Positions 36,933 through 47,273 of a DNA stretch of 64,000 nt are shown here, in pieces (within the stretch, counting starts at the first letter, position 1; every line of letters begins with the position of its first letter). Position numbers and translations under genes: made by a program. Under the pieces are notes generated by a model, which was not told where the DNA came from, did not search any database, and saw only the letters and a program-made list of their open reading frames with translations. This stretch comes from a virus. The stretch lies in IMG/VR virus record IMGVR_UViG_3300037852_000415, positions 1 through 64,000 of that record. One strand, 5' to 3'.

Positions 36933-39482
36933 ATGCCGCAGCCGAGTAGCTACGAGCCGCGCGACTTCGGCGCCAAGTGCGACTCTTGCCCCCTCAAAGG
37001 CAGTACCGTCGTGCCGCCCACGCCAAGCTTCGGCAAGACACGGCTTGCTATCGTAGGCGAGGCGCCGGGGAAGCTCGAAGTGAGGGAGAAGCGCGGCTTC
37101 GTCGGGCCTTCGGGGAAGCTTCTCGACCAAGTGCTTGCCGACGCCGACTTCGATAGGCGCGACGCTTGGATTACTAACGCGTGTCTGTGCCGCCTCGATG
37201 ACGAGCGCGACCTCCCCCGAGCGGCGGCGTGCTGCTCGATGCGCCTCGCAAACGAACTGGCGGCGCTTCCCGCCGAGGCGCCTATTCTCGCCCTCGGCGC
37301 AAGCGCTGCGAAGGCCGTCATCGGCAAGGGCGGCATCCTCAAGGCGCGCGGCTTCATCTGGAAAATAGACGCTATCAAAGCGGCTGCGTTGAAAGGCGCC
37401 CAGCGCGTCGTCAACAAGCGCCGGGCGACGCGCAAGACAGTCGTCAACGACGAGCGCCTCGCGAAAGCTGAATCGAGCCTCTGGCTTCTGCAAGCGCGCG
37501 ACAAGCTCGAGGGGCGCATCGTCATTCCGTCGATTCACCCCGCCTTCCTCCTGCGCGGCGCCGATGCGTGGATGCCGCTCTTGCGTATCGACGTCAACAG
37601 AGCTGTACGTTATAGCCACCATCCCCTGAAGCTCGAGAGCGACGTGCGCTTCATCGAGACGGACAACCTCGTCGTAGTGAAGCGGCAGCTAGCCAAGCTG
37701 CCCAAGCACGTATCGATTGACGTTGAGAGCGATGGGCCCGATCCACTCCACTGTAAGCTCGATTGTGTGGGCATCATCGGATTCGACCCCGAGAAGGGCG
37801 TACTCGTCGGGCCGGCTTTGATTATGAGCCCGTGGCGCAAGAAGTTCAGCAAACTGCTCAACGAGGCACTTCGCGAGCGCGTGTCCGTCGGACACAACCT
37901 GATCTCCTTCGACGAGACGGTGCTGCGGCGATACGGCGTCCGCATGCCGCAGAGAGAGGATACGCTCCTCGCGCACCATGCCTTCGCCTCTCACGTGCGC
38001 CAGGGGCTAGATCACGTAGCCAGCGTCTACACCGACGCCGAGCCTTGGAAGCAGATTCACAAGGCGCGCGGCAACGATGAAAAGGGCCAGGGGTTCGCCG
38101 TCAAAGAGCTAGCGAGGTACAACGCCAGCGACGTAGGTTTGACGGCGCTTGCGTGGATGCGCATGGCGCCGGACCTCGAGCCGGAGCACGAAGTATACGA
38201 GGCTGACAAGAAGCTCGCCGAGCTATGCTGCAAGATGCAGCGCGCCGGAGTGCGCGTCGACATAGAGCGCCGTGACTATCTCGCGCGGAAGCTTCGCTCG
38301 AGAGCTGCGGGCTTGAAGGGGGAGATGAGGAAGCTTCTGCGCAAACCGAGCTTCAACCCCAATAAGCCCGGCGATATCAGGCAGGCCCTCTTCACGACGC
38401 TGCGAGCCCCTATCATGTCTCTGACGCCCACAGGGCTCCCGTCGACAGCCAGCGGTACTCTCGAGGCGCTCCAAAAGTCCGAGTCGCGAGCGGGCACGCT
38501 GAGTGACTTGATTATCCGCTATCGCGCATGCGGCAAAACGGTAAGCACCTTCCTCGATGGTATCGACATCGCCCCCGACGGCCGGGTGCATTCATCGTGG
38601 CGCGCCTTCGGTACCCGCACCGGTAGGCTATCTTCCCAACACCCAAACATGCAAAACGCGACGAGAAGAGTGCTTCGAGACGAGCTGAAAAAGGCTACGA
38701 AGGAGCGTATCAAGGAATTGGGCGATGAAGCGTACGAGCTAGAGACACGGGTTCGTGAGATCTATGTCGCATCGCCCGAGTGCGCGTTAGTGTACTTCGA
38801 TCTTTCGCAGAGCGAGATGAGAGGGGCTGCGTATCTGAGCGGGGACCCAAACTTCATCAAGAGCTGTGAGTCGGGCGACGTACACACGGCCAACGCGCGC
38901 ATTCTGTTCCCGTGGGCGTCAGAGGAGCTGAAGGACCCGAAGGGCGCTGGTAAAAAGTACCGAGATGTAACGAAGTCGTGTGGGTTCGGGGTACTGTACC
39001 TAGCCGAGACGCAAACGATCTTCAGCTACCTCCAGGGGCAGGGCTTCGATGTTAGCTTGGCGGACGTCGAAGCTATGTTCAACGAGATTCACCAGACGTA
39101 CTCGCGCTATTACGAGTACTGCGAAGAGAACTACGAAGCGTGTCGCAAGACGGGTATGCTGCGCACGGCACTGGCCGGTCGGGCTATGCACCTGTCTTTC
39201 TATCCGAAGCCGCAGGAGTGTGCGAACGCTATGGTACAGAGCTTCATCGCAGACTTGATGAACGAGCGTCTGGTGTATCTGAACGAGCTGCTCCCCAAAG
39301 GTGCGCGTATCTTGATGCAGGTGCACGACTCGGCCATCATCGAGGCGCCCGTCGGATTAGTAGATGATGTAAAAGCTATTGTTCAGAGCGTTTGGGCGCA
39401 AAAGATCCACGTGCCGACGTCAGGGTTAGACTTCGTGCTCCCTATCGACTTGAAGATGGGGGAAAGGCTAAGCGACTTCTAG
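36933..39482 (+). CDS. DNA polymerase family A with N-terminal family-4 uracil-DNA glycosylase and 3'-5' exonuclease domains
   Basis: UDG: CDSC, GEAPG, FVGPSG, HPAFLLR; exo: DVE, GHN..FD, YNASD; pol: TGRLSS..PNMQN, DLSQSEMR, K...FG..Y, QVHDS. Confidence 0.93.
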   Translation: MPQPSSYEPRDFGAKCDSCPLKGSTVVPPTPSFGKTRLAIVGEAPGKLEVREKRGFVGPSGKLLDQVLADADFDRRDAWITNACLCRLDDERDLPRAAACCSMRLANELAALPAEAPILALGASAAKAVIGKGGILKARGFIWKIDAIKAAALKGAQRVVNKRRATRKTVVNDERLAKAESSLWLLQARDKLEGRIVIPSIHPAFLLRGADAWMPLLRIDVNRAVRYSHHPLKLESDVRFIETDNLVVVKRQLAKLPKHVSIDVESDGPDPLHCKLDCVGIIGFDPEKGVLVGPALIMSPWRKKFSKLLNEALRERVSVGHNLISFDETVLRRYGVRMPQREDTLLAHHAFASHVRQGLDHVASVYTDAEPWKQIHKARGNDEKGQGFAVKELARYNASDVGLTALAWMRMAPDLEPEHEVYEADKKLAELCCKMQRAGVRVDIERRDYLARKLRSRAAGLKGEMRKLLRKPSFNPNKPGDIRQALFTTLRAPIMSLTPTGLPSTASGTLEALQKSESRAGTLSDLIIRYRACGKTVSTFLDGIDIAPDGRVHSSWRAFGTRTGRLSSQHPNMQNATRRVLRDELKKATKERIKELGDEAYELETRVREIYVASPECALVYFDLSQSEMRGAAYLSGDPNFIKSCESGDVHTANARILFPWASEELKDPKGAGKKYRDVTKSCGFGVLYLAETQTIFSYLQGQGFDVSLADVEAMFNEIHQTYSRYYEYCEENYEACRKTGMLRTALAGRAMHLSFYPKPQECANAMVQSFIADLMNERLVYLNELLPKGARILMQVHDSAIIEAPVGLVDDVKAIVQSVWAQKIHVPTSGLDFVLPIDLKMGERLSDF

Positions 39483-40162
39483 TGTGGGCTCACGAGTACA
39501 TAGGTCTGCGGTTCAACAGGCTCCTGGTCGTGGGTGTCAGGCGTCGTAACGGCACCAACGTACTCGAGTGCAAGTGCGACTGCGGCAACACCTCTATACA
39601 AGAACTGGGAAACATACGCAGGGTTATGTCATGCGGCTGCTTTCGAGATGAGGGCTGGCGGCACGGTGACTGTAAGCGGAGCGAGAAGGCCCCAGAGTAC
39701 GCTATCTGGGTATCTATGATTCAGCGCTGCACCAACAAGAGATGCGCTGCGTACAAGTTATACGGCGCTCGTGGAATCACAGTAGCCAGACGTTGGTACG
39801 ACTACCGCAACTTCATAGCCGACGTGGGCGAGCGCCCGTCTGAAGACTTGTCTCTAGAGAGAATCGACAACGATAAAGGGTACGAGCCAGGCAACGTGCG
39901 TTGGGCCACCACGCACGATCAGAACCGCAACCGCCGCGGGAATTGGAAGATCACTTACCGGGACGAGATAAGGTGCATCGTCGACTGGGCCAACGACCCA
40001 GAGTGCGTAGTCTCTGTCACGACGCTGCGTAAGCGCCTTCTCGCAGGCTGGAAGATGAAGGACGCGATGCAGACACCTCCGAAAAAGGTGGGGCGCTGGC
40101 TTTGGGCAGCGGATAGGGGCTTGCCTTCCGCCAAGCGCAGCCCAACGATAGAGGCTCAATGA
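39482..40162 (+). CDS. Free-standing HNH homing-endonuclease-like protein
   Basis: CKCDCG, SCGC, YGARGITV, SLERIDNDKGYEPGNVRWAT..QNRN. Confidence 0.85.
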   Translation: MWAHEYIGLRFNRLLVVGVRRRNGTNVLECKCDCGNTSIQELGNIRRVMSCGCFRDEGWRHGDCKRSEKAPEYAIWVSMIQRCTNKRCAAYKLYGARGITVARRWYDYRNFIADVGERPSEDLSLERIDNDKGYEPGNVRWATTHDQNRNRRGNWKITYRDEIRCIVDWANDPECVVSVTTLRKRLLAGWKMKDAMQTPPKKVGRWLWAADRGLPSAKRSPTIEAQ

Positions 40163-40420
40163 GCTACGATCTGCTCATCAGCGCCATCTGGAATATGGCA
40201 GGCTTCGGTGCTCTGCCCCCACTGTACGGGCCAGGTTCCTCCATCCCCGCTATCCGCTGCGATGACGACGACGACGACGGAGTCGTCTCGACAGCGCCGC
40301 CGCCGAAGAAGAAGCCGCGAGACCCGAAGGATTGGCTCTACAAGCACCAGCTCGTCTTCTGTCCGAAGTGCAGGTGCATCTACTCGTTGACGTGCACGGA
40401 ACACGGGGTCAAGTGGAACG

Positions 40421-41086
40421 ATGGCGACTAAGAGCGTAAGCGGCTTCGTATCGCTGGCGCAACGCATCGTGCGCCTCGTCAGCTTCGAGCATCTGCAGTG
40501 GCGCCACCACGGCCTCGGCATGATGCAAGCGGAGCTCGACGATAGTGTGCGCATACACGTGTGGCACCCTGACTTGCGCACGATTCCGGCGACGAACCTG
40601 AGGTGCGTGCACGACCACCGCTTCAACCTCGAGAGCGCCGTCATCGTTGGCTGCATCATCGACACGCCCTACATCGTTCTCATTGGCGAACAGCCGTTCC
40701 TGTCGACGCGCAACGCGACGCCCGAGTTCTTCAAGACGGAAGCGTTTGCCATCAGGCACGCGAAGGTGCAGGGGCACTTCGCCGCACCGCTGAGCGGTGA
40801 CGTCACGCAAGACAGAGATGTCTTCGACAGCGTCTCGCTCGGCGAGGCGTGGGCAAAAGAAGCACCATCTATCAGGCGCAAGGCGGGCACCAGCTACAGC
40901 ATCGCGCGCCGCGACTGGCACATGACGCGCGTCGAGGCGCTTGCGGTGACCGTCGTCTATCGCTACGACTTCGACGACAGACCGGCGCGCATCCTGGGCA
41001 ACGGCAAGAGTGGCATCGTCAAGAATTCCGACAAGGCGCTCGTGAAGCGGATACTGTCTGAAGCATCAGACTTGGTGCGGAGGTAG
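40421..41086 (+). CDS. Cupin-like protein
   Basis: RIHVWHP...VHDHRFNLES...WH. Confidence 0.55.
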   Translation: MATKSVSGFVSLAQRIVRLVSFEHLQWRHHGLGMMQAELDDSVRIHVWHPDLRTIPATNLRCVHDHRFNLESAVIVGCIIDTPYIVLIGEQPFLSTRNATPEFFKTEAFAIRHAKVQGHFAAPLSGDVTQDRDVFDSVSLGEAWAKEAPSIRRKAGTSYSIARRDWHMTRVEALAVTVVYRYDFDDRPARILGNGKSGIVKNSDKALVKRILSEASDLVRR

Positions 41087-41280
41087 GCCGTGTGGGTTAT
41101 CAAGCGATATAACAGAGCAGGTAGTGTGCCTTCGTGTGAGTACTACACTCCTGTCAACAACTGGAGCTCGCTGCAGGCGTACGCTTTGGTGTACGGTAAG
41201 CGAGATCAAGCCCTCGGTGTAGCGCTGTGGCTGCGCGCACTCGGTGAGCCGGCTCGCGTCTACAGGCTGCAGGCGAAGAC

Positions 41281-41667
41281 GTGAAGCGCGCCGTTCTCCT
41301 CTTTACGCCATCCAACGCGCGGCTCAACGTCGAAGTAGCGTCTACGCCCAGCGAGATTGCGCAAGGCCTATCGTTCCGCAGAGACTTGGCGGCTGATGCC
41401 GGTATGCTCTTCATCATGCCCGGCGAGAAGGCATGGAGAATGTGGATGAAAGATTGCCTATTCTCGCTTGACCTTGTTTTCGCCAATGCGCAGGGTATCG
41501 TTGTCGGTACCATCGAGCAGGTGCCGAGGCCGCCGCCGCTTGTAACGTGGGGTGTCGACGAGCCGAGTCAGTGGGTGATTGAGGCGCGTGCGGGGTGGGT
41601 GAGGAGCGTAGGTGTGAAGGTGGGAAGCCGTGTCTTTACAGAATCGGGGGGCTTCGGCAATGGCTAG
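41281..41667 (+). CDS. DUF192 family protein
   Basis: VEVA.T.....GL..R......GMLF...WMK....LD.VF...VIE. Confidence 0.88.
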   Translation: MKRAVLLFTPSNARLNVEVASTPSEIAQGLSFRRDLAADAGMLFIMPGEKAWRMWMKDCLFSLDLVFANAQGIVVGTIEQVPRPPPLVTWGVDEPSQWVIEARAGWVRSVGVKVGSRVFTESGGFGNG

Positions 41668-42529
41668 TGGTTTTGGGATTACGTCTGGGGCAATGCGTTG
41701 GTACTGCCGGCATGCAGCGGTGGGTGTGGCGATGAGTGCGCATATCGGTGACGTCGCCGGCTTCGCTGTGTGGGTGTCGCGCGGCGGCGTGGAGGTGCAC
41801 GGTGACATCACTACCAATCGCCGCGACCTCACGCCCGTAGAGGCGCGCAACCTCGCGGCGCTTCTCGTGCGCGCTGGTGACGAGGTGGAACGTATGAGGG
41901 AAAGGAATCGAGTCAATGAGTAACGGTTACAGCATGCTGCCCGGCGGCTTCCAGCCCCCCGGTAGGCTCGACAAGCTCCGCAAAGAAGTCGAAGACGCCG
42001 AACGCGCCAGCGCCCCCAAGCGCGCGCTCTTGGCTGGGCGCCTCATCAAGCCGCCCCGCAAGTGCTTCTGGGGACTGAAGCTAGTCAAGCACTCGGACAG
42101 CGGCGTCGGCATCGTCACGAGTACGTGGCTCACGTACTCCGCCGGGGGGCTCCAGCGGTTCTACACCGTCGAGGCGGCGCAGAATCAAGCCGATACGATT
42201 CACGCATCGCTAGGTGGCGGCACCGGCAAGCGCATGTGGATGCCTGTCAGGATCGGCTTCTTCGCGGCGTGGTACGACACGCTCGCAAGCGCTTTGAGAC
42301 GTCTCGCCTGGTGGAGGAAGTAAGTCATGTGCATCAGCCTGTGCAAAGACGTCGAGGCTAGCATCGACGGTATCATCGCGAAGCTGCCTACTAGAGATGC
42401 GCGCCTGGCGTGCCTCGAGCGCCTTTATCGTGACTTGGAGCACGCGAAGGCGTCGCTTCCGCACATGCTCGCGGAGCACGTCTTCATCATGGAGAACGCC
42501 GAAGCGTTGAAGAAGAAAGACATGAGTCG

Positions 42530-43240
42530 ATGACGACGACGCGCGTGCAGGTGCTAGATTCGGGGTACGTCGAGATTGTTGAATCGTGGGGTTCCGATGA
42601 GCGCATCATCGAAGCGGCTCGCCAATCGGTAGGTGGCGGCTTCGTTAGCTGGGATGCGTACGAGGGCCGCCCCAAAGGTGACGCTGGGCTGCTCCGCTAT
42701 CTCTACGAGCACAAACACTCTACACCCTTCGAGATGGCTGGCGCCGTCTTCGAGGTGAAGGCCCCCATCTTCGTCTTTAGGGAATGGCACAGACACCGCA
42801 CTCAGAGCTACTCCGAGGCGAGTGCGCGTTACGCGCCGCTACCCGATGAGAACTACGTTCCCTCCATCGGGCGCTTGATGCTGTCGTCGAATACGAACGG
42901 CCAGGCCGGCAGCGCTAAAGGCGCCGATGAGTTGACGCGCGATAGCGCCGAGGCGTTTCAGAACGCGCTCAAAGCTACCTACGCTGCCGCCGAGGGTGTC
43001 TACCAGCTCGCCCTGAAGCGTGGGGTGTCGAAGGAGCTTGCGCGTCTCGTACTTCCCGTCGGGCGCTATTCGCGGATGCGCGCCAGCGCGAATCTGCGCA
43101 ACTGGCTCGGGTTTTTGACTCTGAGACTTGACTCCAACGCGCAATTCGAGATTCGCCAATATGCCCATGCGGTAGACGCGATGCTCTGTCGGTGCTTTCC
43201 GCGTACGATGCAGCTGTTTGCCAAGGGGGCGAAAGCATGA
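42530..43240 (+). CDS. thyX: Flavin-dependent thymidylate synthase
   Basis: HSTPFE, APIFVFREWHRHR..SYSEASARY, ELARLVLP, AQFEIR. Confidence 0.95.
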   Translation: MTTTRVQVLDSGYVEIVESWGSDERIIEAARQSVGGGFVSWDAYEGRPKGDAGLLRYLYEHKHSTPFEMAGAVFEVKAPIFVFREWHRHRTQSYSEASARYAPLPDENYVPSIGRLMLSSNTNGQAGSAKGADELTRDSAEAFQNALKATYAAAEGVYQLALKRGVSKELARLVLPVGRYSRMRASANLRNWLGFLTLRLDSNAQFEIRQYAHAVDAMLCRCFPRTMQLFAKGAKA

Positions 43241-43614
43241 GTGACGTCAAACGCGTACCCGTCGACTTCCGCTACGACGCCATCAACCCCGACTTTTTGA
43301 AGAGGCTGGCGCGCATCGGCCACTACGCCGCCGAGAAGTACGGCTCTTGGGAGCAATACACCCCTGCGCGGCTCACGGGCGAGAAGTCGTGCATCAATCA
43401 TGTCTACGAGCACCTTCGGCAGTACCAGCTCGGCGAACCGCACGACAAGTTCGGTGACGTGCGTATGCACCTGGTAGCCGCAGCCTACAATCTGATGATG
43501 GAGCACTTCTACTGCTCCAAATTCGGGCACGTGAAGCATCCGCTCCACGTAGAGGAGAAGGTCGATGGCGAAAAAGCAAGCAAAGAGCGCGGCGGAGAAA
43601 CTGCAGCTAAGTGA
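43237..43614 (+). CDS. dATP/dGTP diphosphohydrolase-like (DUF5664)
   Basis: RYD...AEKYG.W...INHVYEHL...HLVAAAYNLMM. Confidence 0.65.
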   Translation: MSDVKRVPVDFRYDAINPDFLKRLARIGHYAAEKYGSWEQYTPARLTGEKSCINHVYEHLRQYQLGEPHDKFGDVRMHLVAAAYNLMMEHFYCSKFGHVKHPLHVEEKVDGEKASKERGGETAAK

Positions 43615-44021
43615 CGACGCCGTCGCCATCTGCGGCACCGGCGCCGCCAGTTTTATGCAGATGGTCGCTTTGATGACGCCGAAGCAACGGCAACTCGTCG
43701 TGAGCGGCCTGCGTGCGCTGGCGGATGACGTCGAGTTTTTGGGCGAAGACACACGATGACGCCGCCTCGTAAGCCGTGGTACTGGCTACTGTCTAAGCGA
43801 TGGCGAGATTACGCCGCGATGGAACGCACCGCCTTGCCTGACGGCACGCGTGTGCGCCTGGTGTGTAACTGCCAGGGCTTCTCCACTCACGAAGGCGTGT
43901 GGGTTACGAGCTGGACGCCGCGAAGGATGGGCGACATCGACGGGCCCAACGACTACCGTCTGACGCGCGAGGGCGACGGGGATACCACCTACGCCACTCG
44001 CGGCGCGTTGGAGGTAGTGCG

Positions 44022-44753
44022 GTGAACGCGCCGCGCTACGGCGAGGAAGTCAACTACGAGCTCGCCGCGATGCTCTCTCGTGAGCCCCCCACGAATGCGG
44101 TGCTCGACGTCGGTTGCGGCGCCGGCCAGAATGGTGCCATCGCCGCCGCCAACGGCGCTTTCGTCATCGGGCTCGAGAATTGGCATCCGTCGGCAGTCAT
44201 CGCGCGCAAGCGTCTCGCGAAGGTGCTCGAAGTCGACATCGAAGATGATGTTAGCTTCGCTAATGTGTACCTTCTCGGCTACGACACCATCATCTTCGGC
44301 GACGTCTTGGAACATGTGAGAGAGCCTCTCGAGGTGCTGCGGCGATTCTTGCCGTGGATGAAGCCCGGCGGCCGGGTGTTGGTATCGCTCCCCAACGTCG
44401 CCGCGTGGCCCGTACGCTTCGCATTGCTGTTCGGCAGCTTCGAGTACGCCTCGAAGGGGATACTGGATTCAACCCACCTGCGCTTCTTCACGCGCGCTTC
44501 GGCAATTCGGTTGGTGCGCACAGCGGGCTTGCGCGTAGTGCGGGTGCGCAGCAATCCGCTAGTGCTGCGCCCGGTGCTCGAGGCGCTGCGGCGGATTCTC
44601 GACGGCGCCGACTCTAGTTGGCACCGGCGGCTCGATAAGTGGCTCTACAAGAACTACCTGCGCTTCGTGCGGCCTGTAGAGGGAGCGCTCGTGGAGCTCA
44701 CTTGGCCCGAGCTGCTGTCGTTTCAGACCGTCATCGAAGCGGAATTGCCCTAG
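44022..44753 (+). CDS. Class I SAM methyltransferase (glycan-associated type)
   Basis: VLDVGCGAG, DVLEHV..P, SLPNVA, GILDSTHLRFFT. Confidence 0.85.
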   Translation: MNAPRYGEEVNYELAAMLSREPPTNAVLDVGCGAGQNGAIAAANGAFVIGLENWHPSAVIARKRLAKVLEVDIEDDVSFANVYLLGYDTIIFGDVLEHVREPLEVLRRFLPWMKPGGRVLVSLPNVAAWPVRFALLFGSFEYASKGILDSTHLRFFTRASAIRLVRTAGLRVVRVRSNPLVLRPVLEALRRILDGADSSWHRRLDKWLYKNYLRFVRPVEGALVELTWPELLSFQTVIEAELP

Positions 44754-44786
44754 CACGGCTGTAGGCTGAGGTGCTAGACTCTCGGC

Positions 44787-45791
44787 ATGGCTCGAGTACC
44801 TGTGGTCTACGAGGTTCCGGCTCAAGAGTGCCCGGCGGGCGGCGGCTGCCCGCATAGCCACCCCTCGAGTGTGCCGACGCTCCCGTGCCCTACGTGCGGC
44901 GCCGAGGACTACGTACCTAAGGGTCCCGACGGTAAGCCCGTGGGCAATAAGACGCCTTCCTACTACGACGCCAAGCGCGAGGCGCAGAAGCACAACGGCT
45001 ACGTCGAGTACGTCGACGAGAAGCGCGGCGCCGAGGCGCTACGGCGCAAGACGGTTCGCCTCAAGTGGCATCGTGATAAGAGTGACGGGCTCTATGCGGT
45101 AGGCGCCCTCGGGCGCTACAGCATCCACCGCCCCGAGCGCGTCAAGAGGAGTGCCGGCGTCTATCGGTGGGTGATTACGCTCGGTGGCTCGATGTTGCCG
45201 AAGAGCTTCGACGAGATCGCCAAGGCGAAGGCGTATGCCCAGCGCTACGACATGAAGGCGCCTTCGGTGCCGCAAGCGCCTGACTTGCCGGCGCCCTACG
45301 CGATGCCGCGCCCCCCCGACTTGCCCGGCTGCGCCCCTTTCACGACCACCACGCGCGACGAGGCGAAGTTCTCGGCGTGCATGGCGCTCGCGCAGCAGAT
45401 CGGGCCTATTACGACGCCGACGGCTGTCTACAAGCTCCTGAAAGACTACTGCGTTCGACAGGACCAGGAGGTGTTCCTAGTCGTCAGCCTCGACCTGCAC
45501 GGCCACTTACGCGGTATAGACGAGGTCGCCAAAGGACAGCGAGACCGCGTAAGCGTAGGCGTAGCGGATGTTATCCGTGCCGCACTCGATCGGGGCGCGA
45601 AGGGATTCATCGTTTGCCATACACACCCAAGCGGGAAAGCGCGTCCATCGCAAGCGGACAGAGACTTGACGAGGGCAATCATCAAAGCGCGTGCGCCATT
45701 CGGCAGTGATTGTGTGTTCGTAGACCACATAGTTCTAGGGCTGAACGAGTTCGCCTCAATCAAGCGTCGCAAGCTCTTTAGGGCACGCTAA
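44787..45791 (+). CDS. RadC-like JAB/MPN domain protein with long N-terminal extension
   Basis: QEVFLVVSLD...HTHPSG...PSQAD...VDHIVLG. Confidence 0.88.
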   Translation: MARVPVVYEVPAQECPAGGGCPHSHPSSVPTLPCPTCGAEDYVPKGPDGKPVGNKTPSYYDAKREAQKHNGYVEYVDEKRGAEALRRKTVRLKWHRDKSDGLYAVGALGRYSIHRPERVKRSAGVYRWVITLGGSMLPKSFDEIAKAKAYAQRYDMKAPSVPQAPDLPAPYAMPRPPDLPGCAPFTTTTRDEAKFSACMALAQQIGPITTPTAVYKLLKDYCVRQDQEVFLVVSLDLHGHLRGIDEVAKGQRDRVSVGVADVIRAALDRGAKGFIVCHTHPSGKARPSQADRDLTRAIIKARAPFGSDCVFVDHIVLGLNEFASIKRRKLFRAR

Positions 45792-45822
45792 AGTGCGAAG
45801 GGGGTTGCGCTAAAGGGCGTAG

Positions 45823-46464
45823 GTGACTACGCTCTCCCCCATGACCCAGCCCGCAGGCGAAGCGGCTGTCGCCCAGGTGGTGCCGACAGCCGAAATGCAG
45901 ACCACTGCCCCCGTTACCGGCGTCGCCGCGACGCCCACGCCGTCGCACGTCGACATCAAGACATTGACCACGCAGGTGCGTGAGATGGCCGGTGTCGAGA
46001 ACATGAACGACCTTCGCAAGTTGCTCCAGTTCAACTGGCTCACCCTAGAAGGTGAGAAGGTGTGGGCGTGGGGTAAGCCCGCTCCCCTCAACAAGCTCTA
46101 CACCGTCATCGCGATGTTCATGATGGAGCGCGAGGTGCGCGTCTACGCCGCGCCCACCGAAAAAGGGCCGTATCTGTGTTGGCGGCTCAACAAGGACGCC
46201 CCCTCCTACGGCGTCGAGGGCATGACGCTCGAAGTCTTCAAGCAGGAGCTCGCAGACGAGCTGACGAGCCTGGCCGAGGACATGGAGATTCGCGACATCG
46301 GCCGCGCCGAGGGGCTCGCCGACGCCGCCGATTACATCAAGACGCTAGTGGCTGCCGGAGGGTTGGATAAGGCGGGCAATCAGATGTCGCTTCAGCAGAT
46401 TGCCGACGCCATCGAGAACGACGCTATCGACGGCGAAGGCGCCGACGAAGAGGAAGGCGAGTAA
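45823..46464 (+). CDS. Hypothetical acidic protein
   Basis: Strong codon bias; in operon. Confidence 0.65.
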   Translation: MTTLSPMTQPAGEAAVAQVVPTAEMQTTAPVTGVAATPTPSHVDIKTLTTQVREMAGVENMNDLRKLLQFNWLTLEGEKVWAWGKPAPLNKLYTVIAMFMMEREVRVYAAPTEKGPYLCWRLNKDAPSYGVEGMTLEVFKQELADELTSLAEDMEIRDIGRAEGLADAADYIKTLVAAGGLDKAGNQMSLQQIADAIENDAIDGEGADEEEGE

Positions 46465-46467
46465 GCG

Positions 46468-47262
46468 ATGTCTTCCCTCGTCGACCTGAAGTACAACATC
46501 TACCCCAAGGGCCCGCTGACGGCCGCGCAAATCGTCACTGCGTTGTCGTCCTTCGCGGTGACACCCTACCCCATCGACCTCTTCAACAAGGTGGGGCTGG
46601 TGCTCAATACCATCGCGACGTCGGGCACCAATCCGGTAGTGTTGGATTTACAGTTTTTCCTGCGCCCCAACCCCAACGGAGCCATGACAGCCGCTATCAC
46701 CCAGGGCGGCAGCATCGACGCGCTCACAGGCCTAACGATTGGTACCAAGGGCCACCCATGGGCCGAGCCGCCCATCATCAGTTTCAACCCCGGCTTGACG
46801 CCCCCGGCACGCGCGGCACAAGCTAGGGCTACCCTCGATGTTCTCGCTGCCAACATCGTCTTGCCGGGTACCGGCTACACCGCCCCGGTAGTCACCGCCG
46901 TCGGGGGCCTCGGGCCTGGCGGGGTGGCGGCTACATTCTCCGCTACCGAAGCCGCGGGCGCCATCAACAACGTTACCGTGCTGACTAACGGCAGCGGCTA
47001 CATCAGCCAACCGTTTCTGGTCGTCACCGACCCGACCGGCAAGGGCGCGCTCGTCACGCCATTTATGGAATTGAATGCTGTGTCTGTTGTCGACGGCGGC
47101 GGCGGCGGCTACGTCGCGGCACCGACAGTCGTACTGACGGCCGGATTCCAGTACCGCTTCCCCAACAATCCCGCCGCCCCCTTCGTCAACATGCTGACGA
47201 ACCTGCTCAAAGCGACTCTTGGGGCGCCGGTCACCGCGCAGATTCCTTCGTACACGCCGTAA
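46468..47262 (+). CDS. Putative virion fibre protein
   Basis: Repeated V..(P/N/G)G.GY..P.V units seen in phage structural proteins. Confidence 0.6.
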   Translation: MSSLVDLKYNIYPKGPLTAAQIVTALSSFAVTPYPIDLFNKVGLVLNTIATSGTNPVVLDLQFFLRPNPNGAMTAAITQGGSIDALTGLTIGTKGHPWAEPPIISFNPGLTPPARAAQARATLDVLAANIVLPGTGYTAPVVTAVGGLGPGGVAATFSATEAAGAINNVTVLTNGSGYISQPFLVVTDPTGKGALVTPFMELNAVSVVDGGGGGYVAAPTVVLTAGFQYRFPNNPAAPFVNMLTNLLKATLGAPVTAQIPSYTP

Positions 47263-47273
47263 CAAGGAGCATC

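Noticed and set aside
36683-36949. HNH endonuclease
   Set aside because: Only the N-terminal helical repeats are present, with no nuclease motif; left as hypothetical
36933-40162. Intein or intron in the DNA polymerase
   Set aside because: Pol motifs A, B and C are contiguous; the short insert after PNMQN lacks intein motifs; the HNH gene starts at the pol stop codon
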